Assembly: GCA_963734225.1 (NCBI GenBank)
Contig: CAVTGI010000005.1
Span: forward strand, 79,176 to 143,175
Source of the DNA: an uncultured Solirubrobacteraceae bacterium
GTDB lineage: Bacteria > Actinomycetota > Thermoleophilia > Solirubrobacterales > Solirubrobacteraceae
Length of the DNA: 64,000 nucleotides
Direction of reading: 5' to 3'
The position numbers and the translations under genes were made by a program. Below are positions 43,105 through 51,580 of the stretch, piece by piece (position 1 is the first letter of the stretch; the number at the start of each line of letters is the position of its first letter). The notes beneath the pieces were generated by a model, which was not told where the DNA came from, did not search any database, and saw only the letters and a program-made list of their open reading frames with translations.

Positions 43105-43551
43105 TTATGAAGCAATCTGGTGCTGCGTGGGCAGCGCGAACAACGGCGCCTGCAGCGGTGCGTCCTCGTTGGTGTTGATCACCTGGTATCCGCGCCCTTG
43201 GCAGATGACGAGCGGAGCACGCAGGTTGGCGGTTATGTCGAGCGGGTTGGGGGTGGCGCGCACGGTCACATAGAGCGTGACCGGCGAGTGCTCGTCCAGG
43301 CCGCAGCGCTCGCGGTCCTCGGCGGCGATGTCAAGGCGAAAGTCGGAGAAGAACAGGTGGGGGCTGACCACAGGCAGGGCCAGCGCGGGATCGTCGACGG
43401 AGTGCAGCCAGAGAAATCCCGTGCCGGGGTTGCGGTCGATCAGCGCGTAGCGCAGGCCGCCGAGGCCGATCAGCCCGAAGGGGAACTCGATGACCTCCTG
43501 CGGCTGGATCTCGACGGTCCCGAAGCGGACGCTGTGGAATGTGACGGACAT
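43105..43551 (-). CDS. fliW: flagellar assembly factor FliW
   Basis: 'FPFGLIGLGGLRYALI', 'FLWLHSVDDPALALPVVSP', 'TANLRAPLVI'. Sits directly upstream of csrA. Confidence 0.9.
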   Translation of the reverse strand: MSVTFHSVRFGTVEIQPQEVIEFPFGLIGLGGLRYALIDRNPGTGFLWLHSVDDPALALPVVSPHLFFSDFRLDIAAEDRERCGLDEHSPVTLYVTVRATPNPLDITANLRAPLVICQGRGYQVINTNEDAPLQAPLFALPTQHQIAS

Positions 43552-43574
43552 GATGCGTGTCTCCTTGATGTTCT

Positions 43575-44489
43575 CTACTGCAGGAAGTTGAGCAGCGATT
43601 CCTGGACGATCTTCGCGCTGGCGCGCAGCGCAGCCTCGTAGGCGGCCTGCTCGTTGGCGTATGAGACGGACGTGGCGGCGATGTTGGTGTCCTGGGTGTT
43701 GGACAGGCTCTCGGTGATCGTGGTCTGCATGTCTTCGTTGCGGGTGAGGGCGGTCTGCAGTTGGTCGGTTGTGCTCCCGGCGACAGACTGCAACTGGCGC
43801 AGCGTTTCGGTGTTGGCGTCGAGCTTGGTCAGGTCGGTGGAGCCGAGCGCTTCGCGGTCTTCGGCGGTGCCCCCCCTGAGGTTGTTGGCGATCGTGCGCA
43901 GCGTGTCCAGCAGCTTGCCGTCGCCGGATGCTTCGCCGTTGCCCAGCAGCGTGGAGATGTCGCCACTGATGGTGACCGTCGCTCCCGGCCCGATCGCGCG
44001 GCTGATGGTTTCGTGGTTGCCCTGGTATTCGTCGCCCGCGCCCGGCTGGTAGGGGGCGGTCGTGGTGCTGGTTCCCGAGAAGACGTACTGGCCGGCGTAC
44101 TGGGTGTTGGCGTCCTGCTTGACGCTTTCGGTCAGCTGTTCGACCTCCTGGGCAACGGTGTTAAGGTCGCTCTGGTTGTTGGTCCCGTTGGCGGCCTGCA
44201 CGAGCATTTCGCGCACTCGCGCGACGACGCCGTTGATGCTCGACAGGGCGCTGCTTGCGGTGTTGGTCCAGGAGATCCCGTCCTGCGTGGCGGTAGCGTA
44301 GGAGCTCAGCCCGTCGAGCTGGCTCTGTAGGTCGATCACCTGGCTGGCGCCGTAAGGATTGTCGGAGGGTTCGAGAATCGTCCTGCCCGAGGACAGTTCC
44401 TCGCCGGTGCGCTCCAGCGAGGCGAGCGACGAGTTGAGGTTGTTGAGCAGCGAGGAGGTGACCATCGCGTTGGTGATGCGCTCGGTCAT
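43575..44489 (-). CDS. flgL: flagellar hook-associated protein 3 FlgL
   Basis: Flagellin-type N-terminus 'RITNAMVTSSLLNNLNSSLASLERTGEELSSGR' and C-terminus 'AALRASAKIVQESLLNFL'. 304 aa. Follows flgK. Confidence 0.85.
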   Translation of the reverse strand: MTERITNAMVTSSLLNNLNSSLASLERTGEELSSGRTILEPSDNPYGASQVIDLQSQLDGLSSYATATQDGISWTNTASSALSSINGVVARVREMLVQAANGTNNQSDLNTVAQEVEQLTESVKQDANTQYAGQYVFSGTSTTTAPYQPGAGDEYQGNHETISRAIGPGATVTISGDISTLLGNGEASGDGKLLDTLRTIANNLRGGTAEDREALGSTDLTKLDANTETLRQLQSVAGSTTDQLQTALTRNEDMQTTITESLSNTQDTNIAATSVSYANEQAAYEAALRASAKIVQESLLNFLQ

Positions 44490-44491
44490 GG

Positions 44492-45802
44492 CTACAGCCC
44501 TACCGTCCCGGTGTGCTCGATCAGCGTTTCGAGCATCTGGTCCATCGCGGTGAGCGTGCGCGCGGAGGCCTGGTAGCCGCGCTGGAAGGTGATCAGGTTG
44601 GTCATTTCTTCATCGAGTGACACGCCCGAGACGGCCTGGCGCTGGTCGCCGATCGCGGTGACGGTCGTCTGCAGGTTGGCCTGGTCGTCCTTGGCGGTGC
44701 GCACGTCGCTGCCGACCTGCCCGATCAGTCCCGCGTAGTCCTGTTCTGCCACGCCGCCGCGCAGGGCGGCGATGGCGAGTGCGGCTTCGTTGCCACCTGC
44801 TGCTTTTCCCGTGGACGCGCGCACTTCGGCGGAGGTCACGGCGACAGCGAGGGTGGCCGCGGTTTTGCCCGAGAAGAATGGTGTTGACAGGTGTTCGTTG
44901 ACAGTGCCGGCCAGCGTTTCGGCGACGCCGTCGAGGCTCGTCTGGATGGCCGTGAGCGCTCCTTTGGGCCCGGTCAGGCCGAGCAGCGCGCCTAGCTGGC
45001 CGCCGGCTTTTTCGGTGAGCGCCTGGGGCCAGTTGACGCTGCTGCCTTCGACCAGCGGTTTGGCGGCGTCGCCGAAGGTGACCGTGTCGGTGTGGTCGGG
45101 TTGTTCGGTGACGGTGATGTTGGCCATGCTGGAGAGCTTGTCGAGCAGCAGGTCGCGGCGGTCGAGCATGTCGTTGGGTTGCTGACCGGCCTCTTCGGCG
45201 AGCTTGATCTGGTGGTTGAGCTGGGCGATCTGGCTGGCGTAGTTTTCGACTTCGCCGCCGGGCCCGGCGAGCGAGTTGTACTGTTCGCTGGCCTGGCTGG
45301 AGATCGTGGACAGCTGCGCGCTGAGCTGGTTGAAGGTGCGGGCCAGCTGTTGTCCGTCTGCCACGACGGCATCTTTGGCTGCTTCGCTGGTGGGCGAGTC
45401 GGCGAGGCTGGTCCAGGCGCTCCAGAAGGTGGACAGCTGGCTGGCGATCCCGGCGCTGGACGGTTCGTTGAACGCGCTCTGGGCCTGGGAGAGCACTTCT
45501 GCCTGCGTGCTGGCGTTGCTTAGCGCGCTGTTCTGGGTGCGGAACTGGGCGTCGAGGTAGCTGTTGCGAACACGGGCGATGTTGCCGACGCTGACGCCCG
45601 TGCCCAGCTGCGCACCGCGGCCGGTGATCGAGTTGGTCGCGGGGATCGTGATCGGCAGGTTGGTCTGCAGATCGGCGGTCTCACGCGTATAGCCTTCGGT
45701 GTTGGCGTTGGTGATGTTCGAGCCGGTGACGTCGAGCGCTTGCTGCTCGGCGAGCAGCCCGCTGAGCGCGGTCTGCAGTCCTTGAAGGGTGGGGATCGAC
45801 AT
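44492..45802 (-). CDS. flgK: flagellar hook-associated protein 1 FlgK
   Basis: ATG 45802. 'GLQTALSGLLAEQQALDVTGSNITNANTEGYTR'. C-terminus 'SLDEEMTNLITFQRGYQASARTLTAMDQMLETLI'. Confidence 0.9.
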   Translation of the reverse strand: MSIPTLQGLQTALSGLLAEQQALDVTGSNITNANTEGYTRETADLQTNLPITIPATNSITGRGAQLGTGVSVGNIARVRNSYLDAQFRTQNSALSNASTQAEVLSQAQSAFNEPSSAGIASQLSTFWSAWTSLADSPTSEAAKDAVVADGQQLARTFNQLSAQLSTISSQASEQYNSLAGPGGEVENYASQIAQLNHQIKLAEEAGQQPNDMLDRRDLLLDKLSSMANITVTEQPDHTDTVTFGDAAKPLVEGSSVNWPQALTEKAGGQLGALLGLTGPKGALTAIQTSLDGVAETLAGTVNEHLSTPFFSGKTAATLAVAVTSAEVRASTGKAAGGNEAALAIAALRGGVAEQDYAGLIGQVGSDVRTAKDDQANLQTTVTAIGDQRQAVSGVSLDEEMTNLITFQRGYQASARTLTAMDQMLETLIEHTGTVGL

Positions 45803-45806
45803 GGCG

Positions 45807-46358
45807 CTAGGCGTGCAGGTCGAGGACGTGCAGGCCGCCGCCCTGGGGGCGTGGCCGCGTGATTGACTTGGACGATCCGCGCGTGTCATAGCCGCTGACG
45901 CCGTCGAGCGCGAGCATCCCCATCAAGTGGTCGAGGAAGCCAAGCTCGATCTGCATGAGCGCGCGGTTTGTGTGGTGCTCGCGCTGGAGCTCGTGCAGCA
46001 GGCCGCGCAGCTCGGCGCTGCGGGCGGTGGCGCGCTGGGCGCCGGGCGCGTCCATGATCGTGGCCAGCAGCGCGAGGGTGACGTCGTGCGCGGCCACCCC
46101 CAGTCGCTCGCCGCTGCGGGCGAGCAGGCGCGAGCGCTCCTCCTCGAGTATCTGTCTGCGACCCATCTCGCCGCGCAGGATGCCGGCCAGGCGCACGACC
46201 GTCTGTACGTCGCGTGCGCGGATGGCGGCTCCCTGCTCGAGCACCACCTCCAGCAGAGATCTCGCGGACTCGATCTGCGCGTCGAGATGCGCGAGCACGT
46301 CTTGGGCCAGCAGCCTGTCCTGGCGAGAGCGGTCGTGTGTGAGCGTGGCGGCGCTCAT
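45807..46358 (-). CDS. flgN: FlgN-like flagellar export chaperone
   Basis: 183 aa, helical. Lies immediately upstream of flgK. 'LEVVLEQGAAIRARDVQTVVRLAG...EEERSRLL'. Confidence 0.6.
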   Translation of the reverse strand: MSAATLTHDRSRQDRLLAQDVLAHLDAQIESARSLLEVVLEQGAAIRARDVQTVVRLAGILRGEMGRRQILEEERSRLLARSGERLGVAAHDVTLALLATIMDAPGAQRATARSAELRGLLHELQREHHTNRALMQIELGFLDHLMGMLALDGVSGYDTRGSSKSITRPRPQGGGLHVLDLHA

Positions 46359-46819
46359 GCGGCGCTCCCTCCGGCTGCGCCTGCGGGCGCGGCGGCGCCG
46401 GGTCCCGCTGTTGCGCCGGCGCCTGCGATGGGTGCGGTCCCTCCGGCTGCGCGGGCCTGCTGGGCGCCCTGGGTGCCGGCGAGCTCTTGCGTGAGCTGGG
46501 CGGCGAGGCCGAGCCCGCCGCCGTGCATGACGCCGCCGGTCAGCGCCTGGGGCAGCAGCGAGGACAGCTGGCTGTCGCCAGCGCCGAAGGACGACGAGCC
46601 GCTTTCGCCACCCGCTTCGCCTTCCTGGGAGGTTTCGCCTTCGAGTCCGCTGCTGGCGGTGAGCGACTGGGAGAGCTGTTCGACGAGCGTCTGTTCGAAG
46701 GCCAGCGCGGTCTCGTAGTCCTTCTGCGTGGCGGCAGATCCGTGGCGCACCCAGTCGGGCTCGAGCGCCTGATTGACGGCGGGCAGGCCGACGGAGCCGC
46801 TGGTGCCTGCGACGGTCAT
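46355..46819 (-). CDS. rod-binding protein (FlgJ N-terminal-domain-like) with a Gly/Ala-rich tail
   Basis: 'ALAFEQTLVEQLSQSL' and 'GGGLGLAAQLTQEL' match the Rod_binding pattern. Overlaps flgG and flgN by 4 nt each. Confidence 0.6.
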   Translation of the reverse strand: MTVAGTSGSVGLPAVNQALEPDWVRHGSAATQKDYETALAFEQTLVEQLSQSLTASSGLEGETSQEGEAGGESGSSSFGAGDSQLSSLLPQALTGGVMHGGGLGLAAQLTQELAGTQGAQQARAAGGTAPIAGAGATAGPGAAAPAGAAGGSAA

Positions 46820-47550
46820 GCGGTGGGACGCAGCTGGTTGGCGATGGACATCATTTGGCTCTCGGTCTGGATGGCGGTGCTACCCATCTGAAAGGCGCGC
46901 TGGGTGGTGACCATCAGCGCCATCTCCTTGGCCATGTCGACGTTGCTCTGCTCGAGCGCGCCCTGGTGGATCTTGCCTGCGCCGGCCGGCTTTACCGCGC
47001 CGCTGGCGGCGGTCGGCGTGAACGCTCCGCTGCCGTCGGACAGCAGCTGTTCGGGGGAGGCGACGGTGACGAGCTTGATCTGTCCGAGCGCCTTGTTGGC
47101 GACGGTGACGGTGCCGTCGGGCGCGATGCTAACTTCGCTGGGCTTGGTCCCGGTAGGCAGCTTGATGGGCGGCGCGAGCGGATCGCCTTCGGAGTCGACG
47201 ATCGTGCCATTTGCGTCGACGCTGAAGTTGCCGTCGCGGGTGAGCGCGGGCTGGCCGTTGCGGGTCACCTGGAAGTAGCCTTCGCCTTCGATGGCCAGGT
47301 CCATCGGGTTTCCGGTTTCCTTGATCGAGCCCTGCTGCTGGCTGTGGCCGATCACCTGGGCCTTGGCGCCGGCGCCATCGCTGGAGGCGCTGCCGGCCAT
47401 GTTGACGTTGTTGTAGAGCAGGTCGCTGAAGGCGACGCGCTCGGACTTGTAGCCGGTGGTGGACGCGTTGGCGAGATCGTTGCCGATCGCGTCCAGTTGT
47501 TCCTGCTGTGCTGACATGCCTGCTGCCGCGGAATAGAGACCTTCGAGCAT
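46816..47550 (-). CDS. flgG: flagellar basal-body rod protein FlgG
   Basis: 'LYSAAAGMSAQQEQLDAIGNDLANASTTGYK'. C-terminus 'LEQSNVDMAKEMALMVTTQRAFQMGSTAIQTESQM'. Confidence 0.9.
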   Translation of the reverse strand: MLEGLYSAAAGMSAQQEQLDAIGNDLANASTTGYKSERVAFSDLLYNNVNMAGSASSDGAGAKAQVIGHSQQQGSIKETGNPMDLAIEGEGYFQVTRNGQPALTRDGNFSVDANGTIVDSEGDPLAPPIKLPTGTKPSEVSIAPDGTVTVANKALGQIKLVTVASPEQLLSDGSGAFTPTAASGAVKPAGAGKIHQGALEQSNVDMAKEMALMVTTQRAFQMGSTAIQTESQMMSIANQLRPTA

Positions 47551-47634
47551 GCGCCTGCCCTTGTTTGTGGTCGTTGGCGGTCCTGGGGCTTTCCGCGTGG
47601 CGGTCCAAGCCCAAGGCCGATGTCTTCTTCAGGG

Positions 47635-47661
47635 TGATCGGCCGCGGCGGGGCGGACTTGA
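47635..47661 (-). promoter_or_regulatory. candidate sigma-28 (FliA) promoter upstream of flgG: TCAA-N15-GCCGATCA
   Basis: Minus strand reads TCAA (47661-58), an exact 15-nt spacer, then GCCGATCA (47642-35). Consensus is TAAA-N15-GCCGATAA. Confidence 0.6.
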
Positions 47662-47744
47662 GCGCGGGTCGCGTATGACCAAGATTGCGCAGGGATGCTC
47701 GGAGCTCGCGCGGGGGACGCTCGGACGCTGGCGCGCGAGGACGG

Positions 47745-48437
47745 TCAGCTGCCGGTGAGCGAGCCGACCTGTGATGCGGCCGTCTGCAAGGTCTGGCCGA
47801 TCGCCTGGATGGACTGCTGGCCCGACTGGAAGGTGCGCAGCGAGTCGATCATTTCGACCATCACCTTGGCGGCGTTCACGCCGGAGCCCTCCAGGGCTCC
47901 CTGGCGGACGGTGCCGGTGGCTTTGCCTGCGGAGGCGCCCGTGTACAAGTTTTCGCCCTGCTTGGCCGCGCCTGGCACTTCGAAGACACCCAGTGCGCTG
48001 GCGGGCACGTTGCCACCGCCGGCGACTTTGATCTGCGCCCCTCCCTGGCCGAGGACGGGGTTGCCGTTAGCGTCGGTCAGCACCCCGGCTGCGGAGGTCT
48101 GGAACTGCCCGTCGCGCGTGTAGCGCACGCCTTGGGCGGTCTGCACGGCGAAGAAGCCGTTGCCGCCGATCGCGAAGTCGAGCGGTTCGCCGGTTTCCTG
48201 GATCGCGCCGGGAGCCATGTCGGTGTAAGCCTTGCCAAGGGCGACGCCCTCATTGACCGAGCCGACCGACGCTGCGCCCTGGCTGTTGGCCATCAGCACC
48301 GCGCCGAAGCTGTGCTGGGGTGTGGAGTCGGGCTTGTAGCCGGGCGTGGACGCGTTGGCGAGGTTGTTGGCGAGCTGATCCTGGCGGACCTGCTCGGCGA
48401 CCATCCCCGATGCAGCGATGTCCAGGCCGAGATCCAT
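47745..48437 (-). CDS. flgF: flagellar basal-body rod protein (FlgF/FlgG family)
   Basis: 'IAASGMVAEQVRQDQLANNLANASTPGYK'. C-terminus 'LEGSGVNAAKVMVEMIDSLRTFQSGQQ'. Confidence 0.85.
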   Translation of the reverse strand: MDLGLDIAASGMVAEQVRQDQLANNLANASTPGYKPDSTPQHSFGAVLMANSQGAASVGSVNEGVALGKAYTDMAPGAIQETGEPLDFAIGGNGFFAVQTAQGVRYTRDGQFQTSAAGVLTDANGNPVLGQGGAQIKVAGGGNVPASALGVFEVPGAAKQGENLYTGASAGKATGTVRQGALEGSGVNAAKVMVEMIDSLRTFQSGQQSIQAIGQTLQTAASQVGSLTGS

Positions 48438-48446
48438 GTGCCCCGG

Positions 48447-48473
48447 TGTTCGACCGAGCGCGCGGATTCTTTA
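48447..48473 (-). promoter_or_regulatory. candidate sigma-28 promoter upstream of flgF: TAAA-N15-GTCGAACA
   Basis: Minus strand reads TAAA (48473-70), a 15-nt spacer, then GTCGAACA (48454-47). The -10 element ends 9 nt before ATG 48437, implying a very short or absent leader. Confidence 0.4.
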
Positions 48474-48500
48474 GTCGCGTTGCGAGTGCTGTATTGCCAT

Positions 48501-48551
48501 GGTTATACGCACTCCGTCGGGGACAACAGGTTATACGCACTCCGTCGGGGA
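48501..48551. repeat. perfect 23-bp direct repeat x2 (GGTTATACGCACTCCGTCGGGGA) with a 5-bp spacer
   Basis: Copy 1 is 48501-48523, spacer CAACA, copy 2 is 48529-48551. Located in the fliA-flgF intergenic region. Confidence 0.95.
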
Positions 48552-48595
48552 ACATATCTCTATCTCCCCGCCGTCCGCCCCACCTGGCGGGGGAC

Positions 48596-48620
48596 GATAG
48601 AAAGATTCAATCTTTCTATC
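48596..48620. other. AT-rich perfect palindrome GATAGAAAGA-TTCAA-TCTTTCTATC just downstream of the fliA stop
   Basis: 10-bp arms (48596-605 and 48611-620). An adjacent GC hairpin pairs CCCCGCC (48566-72) with GGCGGGG (48586-92). Could be a terminator or a protein-binding site. Confidence 0.5.
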
Positions 48621-48651
48621 ACCCGAGAGCGTCTGGTCTTACCGAAGGCAA

Positions 48652-49464
48652 TCAGCCGACGGCGGCGAACAGCGGCAGCTCACCGGACAGCTGCTCGTAC
48701 AGGCGCCGGCGCAGCTGCGTGTGGATCTGCGAGACGCGGCTCTCGGACACGCCCAGCCGGGCGCCGATGTCGCGCAGCGTCCAGTCCTCGGCGTAGAGCA
48801 GGACGGCCACTTCGCGCTCCTGCTTGGTCAGCCGGGCGAAAGCCTTGCGAAAGCGTGCCTTGGCTTCGCGACGCTCGGCGCTGGCGAGCGGATCGCAGTC
48901 GGCGTCTGAGCTCTGCAGCGTGTCGATTCGCTCGACGGTGACGCTCTGGTCACAGCGCACCACGCGATTGAGCGAGCCGACCTCCGCGAGCGCGACCTGG
49001 TCGAGCCGTCTGGTCAAGTCACGTGGCGTCATGCCGACCTGCGCGGCGAGCTCGTCGTGGCTGGGCCGGCGTTCGTGCTGCGCAAGGAAGCGTTCACGCG
49101 CCTGGTTGATGGCCCGCTCGTCGCGGCGCAGCGAGCGTGGCGCCCAGTCGTGGCGGCGCAGCTCGTCGAGCACGGCGCCGTGGATGCGCGTCCAGGCGTA
49201 CTGCTCGAGCGTGGCGCCCTTGTCGGGGTCATAGCGCTCGATCGACTGGATCAGCGCCTCCAGGCCGCAGGACAGGAAGTCCTCGACGTCGCATTGGGGC
49301 GGCACTTCGCGGACCTTGCGGTAGACGATGTAGCGGACCATCGGCGTGAACATGAAGATCAGCCGGTCGCGCACCTCGCTGTCGCGCGTGAGCTGGTAGC
49401 GCTCCCACACGGCCAGGACCTCGGCCGCAGTTGGCGGCGCTGTGCGCTTTGCGATCGCTTGCAT
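48652..49464 (-). CDS. fliA: flagellar RNA polymerase sigma factor FliA/WhiG (sigma-28)
   Basis: 'DRLIFMFTPMVRYIVYR', 'YAWTRIHGAVLDELRRHDW', 'LTKQEREVAVLLYAEDWTLRDIGARLGVSESRVSQIHTQ'. Confidence 0.9.
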   Translation of the reverse strand: MQAIAKRTAPPTAAEVLAVWERYQLTRDSEVRDRLIFMFTPMVRYIVYRKVREVPPQCDVEDFLSCGLEALIQSIERYDPDKGATLEQYAWTRIHGAVLDELRRHDWAPRSLRRDERAINQARERFLAQHERRPSHDELAAQVGMTPRDLTRRLDQVALAEVGSLNRVVRCDQSVTVERIDTLQSSDADCDPLASAERREAKARFRKAFARLTKQEREVAVLLYAEDWTLRDIGARLGVSESRVSQIHTQLRRRLYEQLSGELPLFAAVG

Positions 49465-49650
49465 TCTGCCTCGCTAGATTCATCGCAACAGGGACATTCC
49501 CTGCCAAAACCGCTCACAACCACTCAGATATCGGCGCGCGCGGTCGATGACCTGGACAGGAGATGGCCCTCCGCTTCCCAGGCCTGGACGGCTGTTGCGG
49601 TTGCGGCCCCGCACCGGTCCTGTCAATCGGAGGAAATCGAATTCACATCC

Positions 49651-49677
49651 TCAAGTTTCCGCGGAGGGCGTCGATCA
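49651..49677 (+). promoter_or_regulatory. candidate sigma-28 promoter upstream of flaG-fliD: TCAA-N15-GTCGATCA
   Basis: TCAA 49651-54, a 15-nt spacer, GTCGATCA 49670-77. About 75 nt upstream of ATG 49752. Confidence 0.5.
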
Positions 49678-49751
49678 CAATGAGCGTAACCAAGCGCGAG
49701 GCGGCCCATGGAGTGGACCGCGTCACACGTTTTCAGGGAGAAAACGCACAT

Positions 49752-50099
49752 ATGAGCTCGCCGATCCTGCCTATAGAGGGCCCATCGGGCCCACGCTTCG
49801 CCGGCTGTGCAGCCACAGTTGCAGACGACGTCGATGACTTTCTCACCCAGCTGAACGCCGATGGCCGGGCGCTGTCGATCGCGGTCGTCCGCGTCGGGCC
49901 GCCCGTGGAGGTGCTCGAGCAGATCGCCGCGGCTGGCGCGATCGAGCGACGCATGCGCGCAGCCGGTCAGTGCGTGCGCTTCCTGCCCGCGGGGCCGGGC
50001 GGACACGCACAGGCCGAGATCCACGACCGCGACGGCTGTGTTAGGCCGCTGACGCTGACCGAGGCTTGCGAGCTCGCAGCGGGAAGACCGTTGGACTAG
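49752..50099 (+). CDS. flaG: FlaG-like flagellar protein
   Basis: AGGGAG RBS before ATG 49752. 115 aa. C-terminus 'VRFLPAGPGGHAQAEIHDRDGCVRPLTLTEACELAAG' resembles the FlaG end. Lies directly upstream of fliD. Confidence 0.5.
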   Translation: MSSPILPIEGPSGPRFAGCAATVADDVDDFLTQLNADGRALSIAVVRVGPPVEVLEQIAAAGAIERRMRAAGQCVRFLPAGPGGHAQAEIHDRDGCVRPLTLTEACELAAGRPLD

Positions 50100-50107
50100 G
50101 CGCGGCG

Positions 50108-51529
50108 ATGTCCACCTCCGGCATCTCGCTCAGCTCGCTCACCAACCCGTCCGGCTCGGGAAGCTCACCCCTGTCGATCACGGGGCTCGCGTCGGGGCTG
50201 GACACGACCGCGATCGTGGCTGCTCTGATGGGCGTAGAACGCGAGCCGGTCGTCCATCTGACAGACCAGCAGGAGAAGCTGCAGGGCGACCAGGCGCAGC
50301 TTCAAAGCATCCAGGGCATGCTTTCGCAGGTTGCGCTGAGCGCGTCTGAATTCAGCCTGCCCTCCGCCTTTGAATCGACCCAGTCGGTCACCTCCAGCAA
50401 CTCGGCGCTTGTCGCAGCGGCGGCGAGCGTGGGCGCGGTCGTGGGCGGCCACGAGGTGGAAGTCACGCAGCTGGCGACCTCCGCCCAGCGTGCCTTCGCC
50501 TTCACCAGCCCGGCGAGCGAAACCAAACTGACGATCGACGGCCACGAAATCGCCGTCAAGGCCGGCGAGACGGTCAAGGAATTCGCCAGCTCGATCAACG
50601 CGGACTCGAGCTCGACGGTGTTTGCGGCGGTGCTGGAAGGCGGCACGGTGGTCCTGTCCAACCGCGCGACGGGCAGCGGCGCGGAATTCATCAAAGTGAG
50701 CGGCGGCGAAGCTGTCCTCAGCGAAAAAGCAGAACTTGCCAGGGAAGGCAAGGATGCCGAATTCAAGGTCGACGGTGTGGCGGGTACGTCCGCATCCAAC
50801 ACGGTCACGGATGCGATCGCCGGCGTGACGCTGACGCTCAGCGGGCTGACCAGCGCGAACACCGGCCCGGTGACGATCGACGTGGCGCCCCCTGGCCCCA
50901 GCGCCACAGCGCTGGAAACGCAGGTGCAGTCGTTTATCAAGCTGTACAACTCGACGCTGGAAGCGATCCACAAGCAGCTGACGACCAAGCCTCCCACGAA
51001 ACCGTCGACGGCCGCTGAATTTGGCACGGGGACGCTGTTCGGCGACTTCGAACTGACGTCCACGGTCGACCAGATGCGCCAGGCGATTTACGAACCAATC
51101 GCGGGCCTGCCCACGGAAATGTCAAGCCTCGCCGACATCGGTATCAGCACGGGCGCACCTACGGGCGGCACCGCCACGCAGTCCTCGATCGAAGGTCTGC
51201 TCACGTTGGATCCGGCCAAGCTGGCAGAAGCCGTCCAATCGAACCCGTCGGGGGTGCAGAAGCTGGTCGAGGAATGGTCCAAAAGCTTCCAGGGCACGGT
51301 CAACTCGGCGGCCGGCCCGGGCGGCACGCTGGAATCGAGGATCACCAGTGACACCAGCCAGATTAGCCAGCTGGGCAGCCAGATCAGCAGCATGAACGAA
51401 CTGCTGGCCCTGCGCGAAAAGGCACTCCAGCAGACCTACGCCAAGCTGGAAGGCGTGATCGCCCAGAACACCGCCCAGACCCAGGCGCTGATCCAGCAAG
51501 AGGAATCGTTCACCAGCTCTACTGGTTAG
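50108..51529 (+). CDS. fliD: flagellar filament cap protein FliD
   Basis: 'ITGLASGLDTTAIVAALMGVEREPV'. C-terminus 'LEGVIAQNTAQTQALIQQ'. ATG 50108. Confidence 0.9.
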   Translation: MSTSGISLSSLTNPSGSGSSPLSITGLASGLDTTAIVAALMGVEREPVVHLTDQQEKLQGDQAQLQSIQGMLSQVALSASEFSLPSAFESTQSVTSSNSALVAAAASVGAVVGGHEVEVTQLATSAQRAFAFTSPASETKLTIDGHEIAVKAGETVKEFASSINADSSSTVFAAVLEGGTVVLSNRATGSGAEFIKVSGGEAVLSEKAELAREGKDAEFKVDGVAGTSASNTVTDAIAGVTLTLSGLTSANTGPVTIDVAPPGPSATALETQVQSFIKLYNSTLEAIHKQLTTKPPTKPSTAAEFGTGTLFGDFELTSTVDQMRQAIYEPIAGLPTEMSSLADIGISTGAPTGGTATQSSIEGLLTLDPAKLAEAVQSNPSGVQKLVEEWSKSFQGTVNSAAGPGGTLESRITSDTSQISQLGSQISSMNELLALREKALQQTYAKLEGVIAQNTAQTQALIQQEESFTSSTG

Positions 51530-51543
51530 GAAGGTGTCAGCGC

Positions 51544-51570
51544 TCAACTTTGGCCGTCTGCGGACGATCA
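51544..51570 (+). promoter_or_regulatory. candidate internal sigma-28 promoter upstream of fliS: TCAA-N15-GACGATCA
   Basis: TCAA 51544-47, a 15-nt spacer, GACGATCA 51563-70. The -10 element ends 10 nt before ATG 51581. Confidence 0.4.
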
Positions 51571-51580
51571 AGAGGTTGAG

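Noticed and set aside
48501-48551. Possible CRISPR array.
   Set aside because: Only two repeat copies, a 5-bp spacer and no cas genes. It is a simple tandem duplication, not a CRISPR array.
48250-48555. 101-aa minus-strand ORF starting in the tandem repeat and overlapping flgF out of frame; considered as a hidden FlgM.
   Set aside because: Arg/Gly/Pro-rich with no FlgM-like C-terminal helices, and it overlaps a well-supported rod gene.
49528-49554. GCCGATAT (perfect sigma-D-type -10) on the minus strand upstream of fliA, suggesting autoregulation.
   Set aside because: No acceptable TAAA/TCAA box at a 15-nt spacing (CAGG at N15, TCCA only at N17). Not called as a promoter.
49563-49751. Upstream extension of the flaG ORF (starts at 49563 or ATG 49680).
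   Set aside because: The extension is Cys/Gly/Arg-rich and non-protein-like. ATG 49680 lies immediately after the candidate -10 element. ATG 49752 has an AGGGAG RBS.
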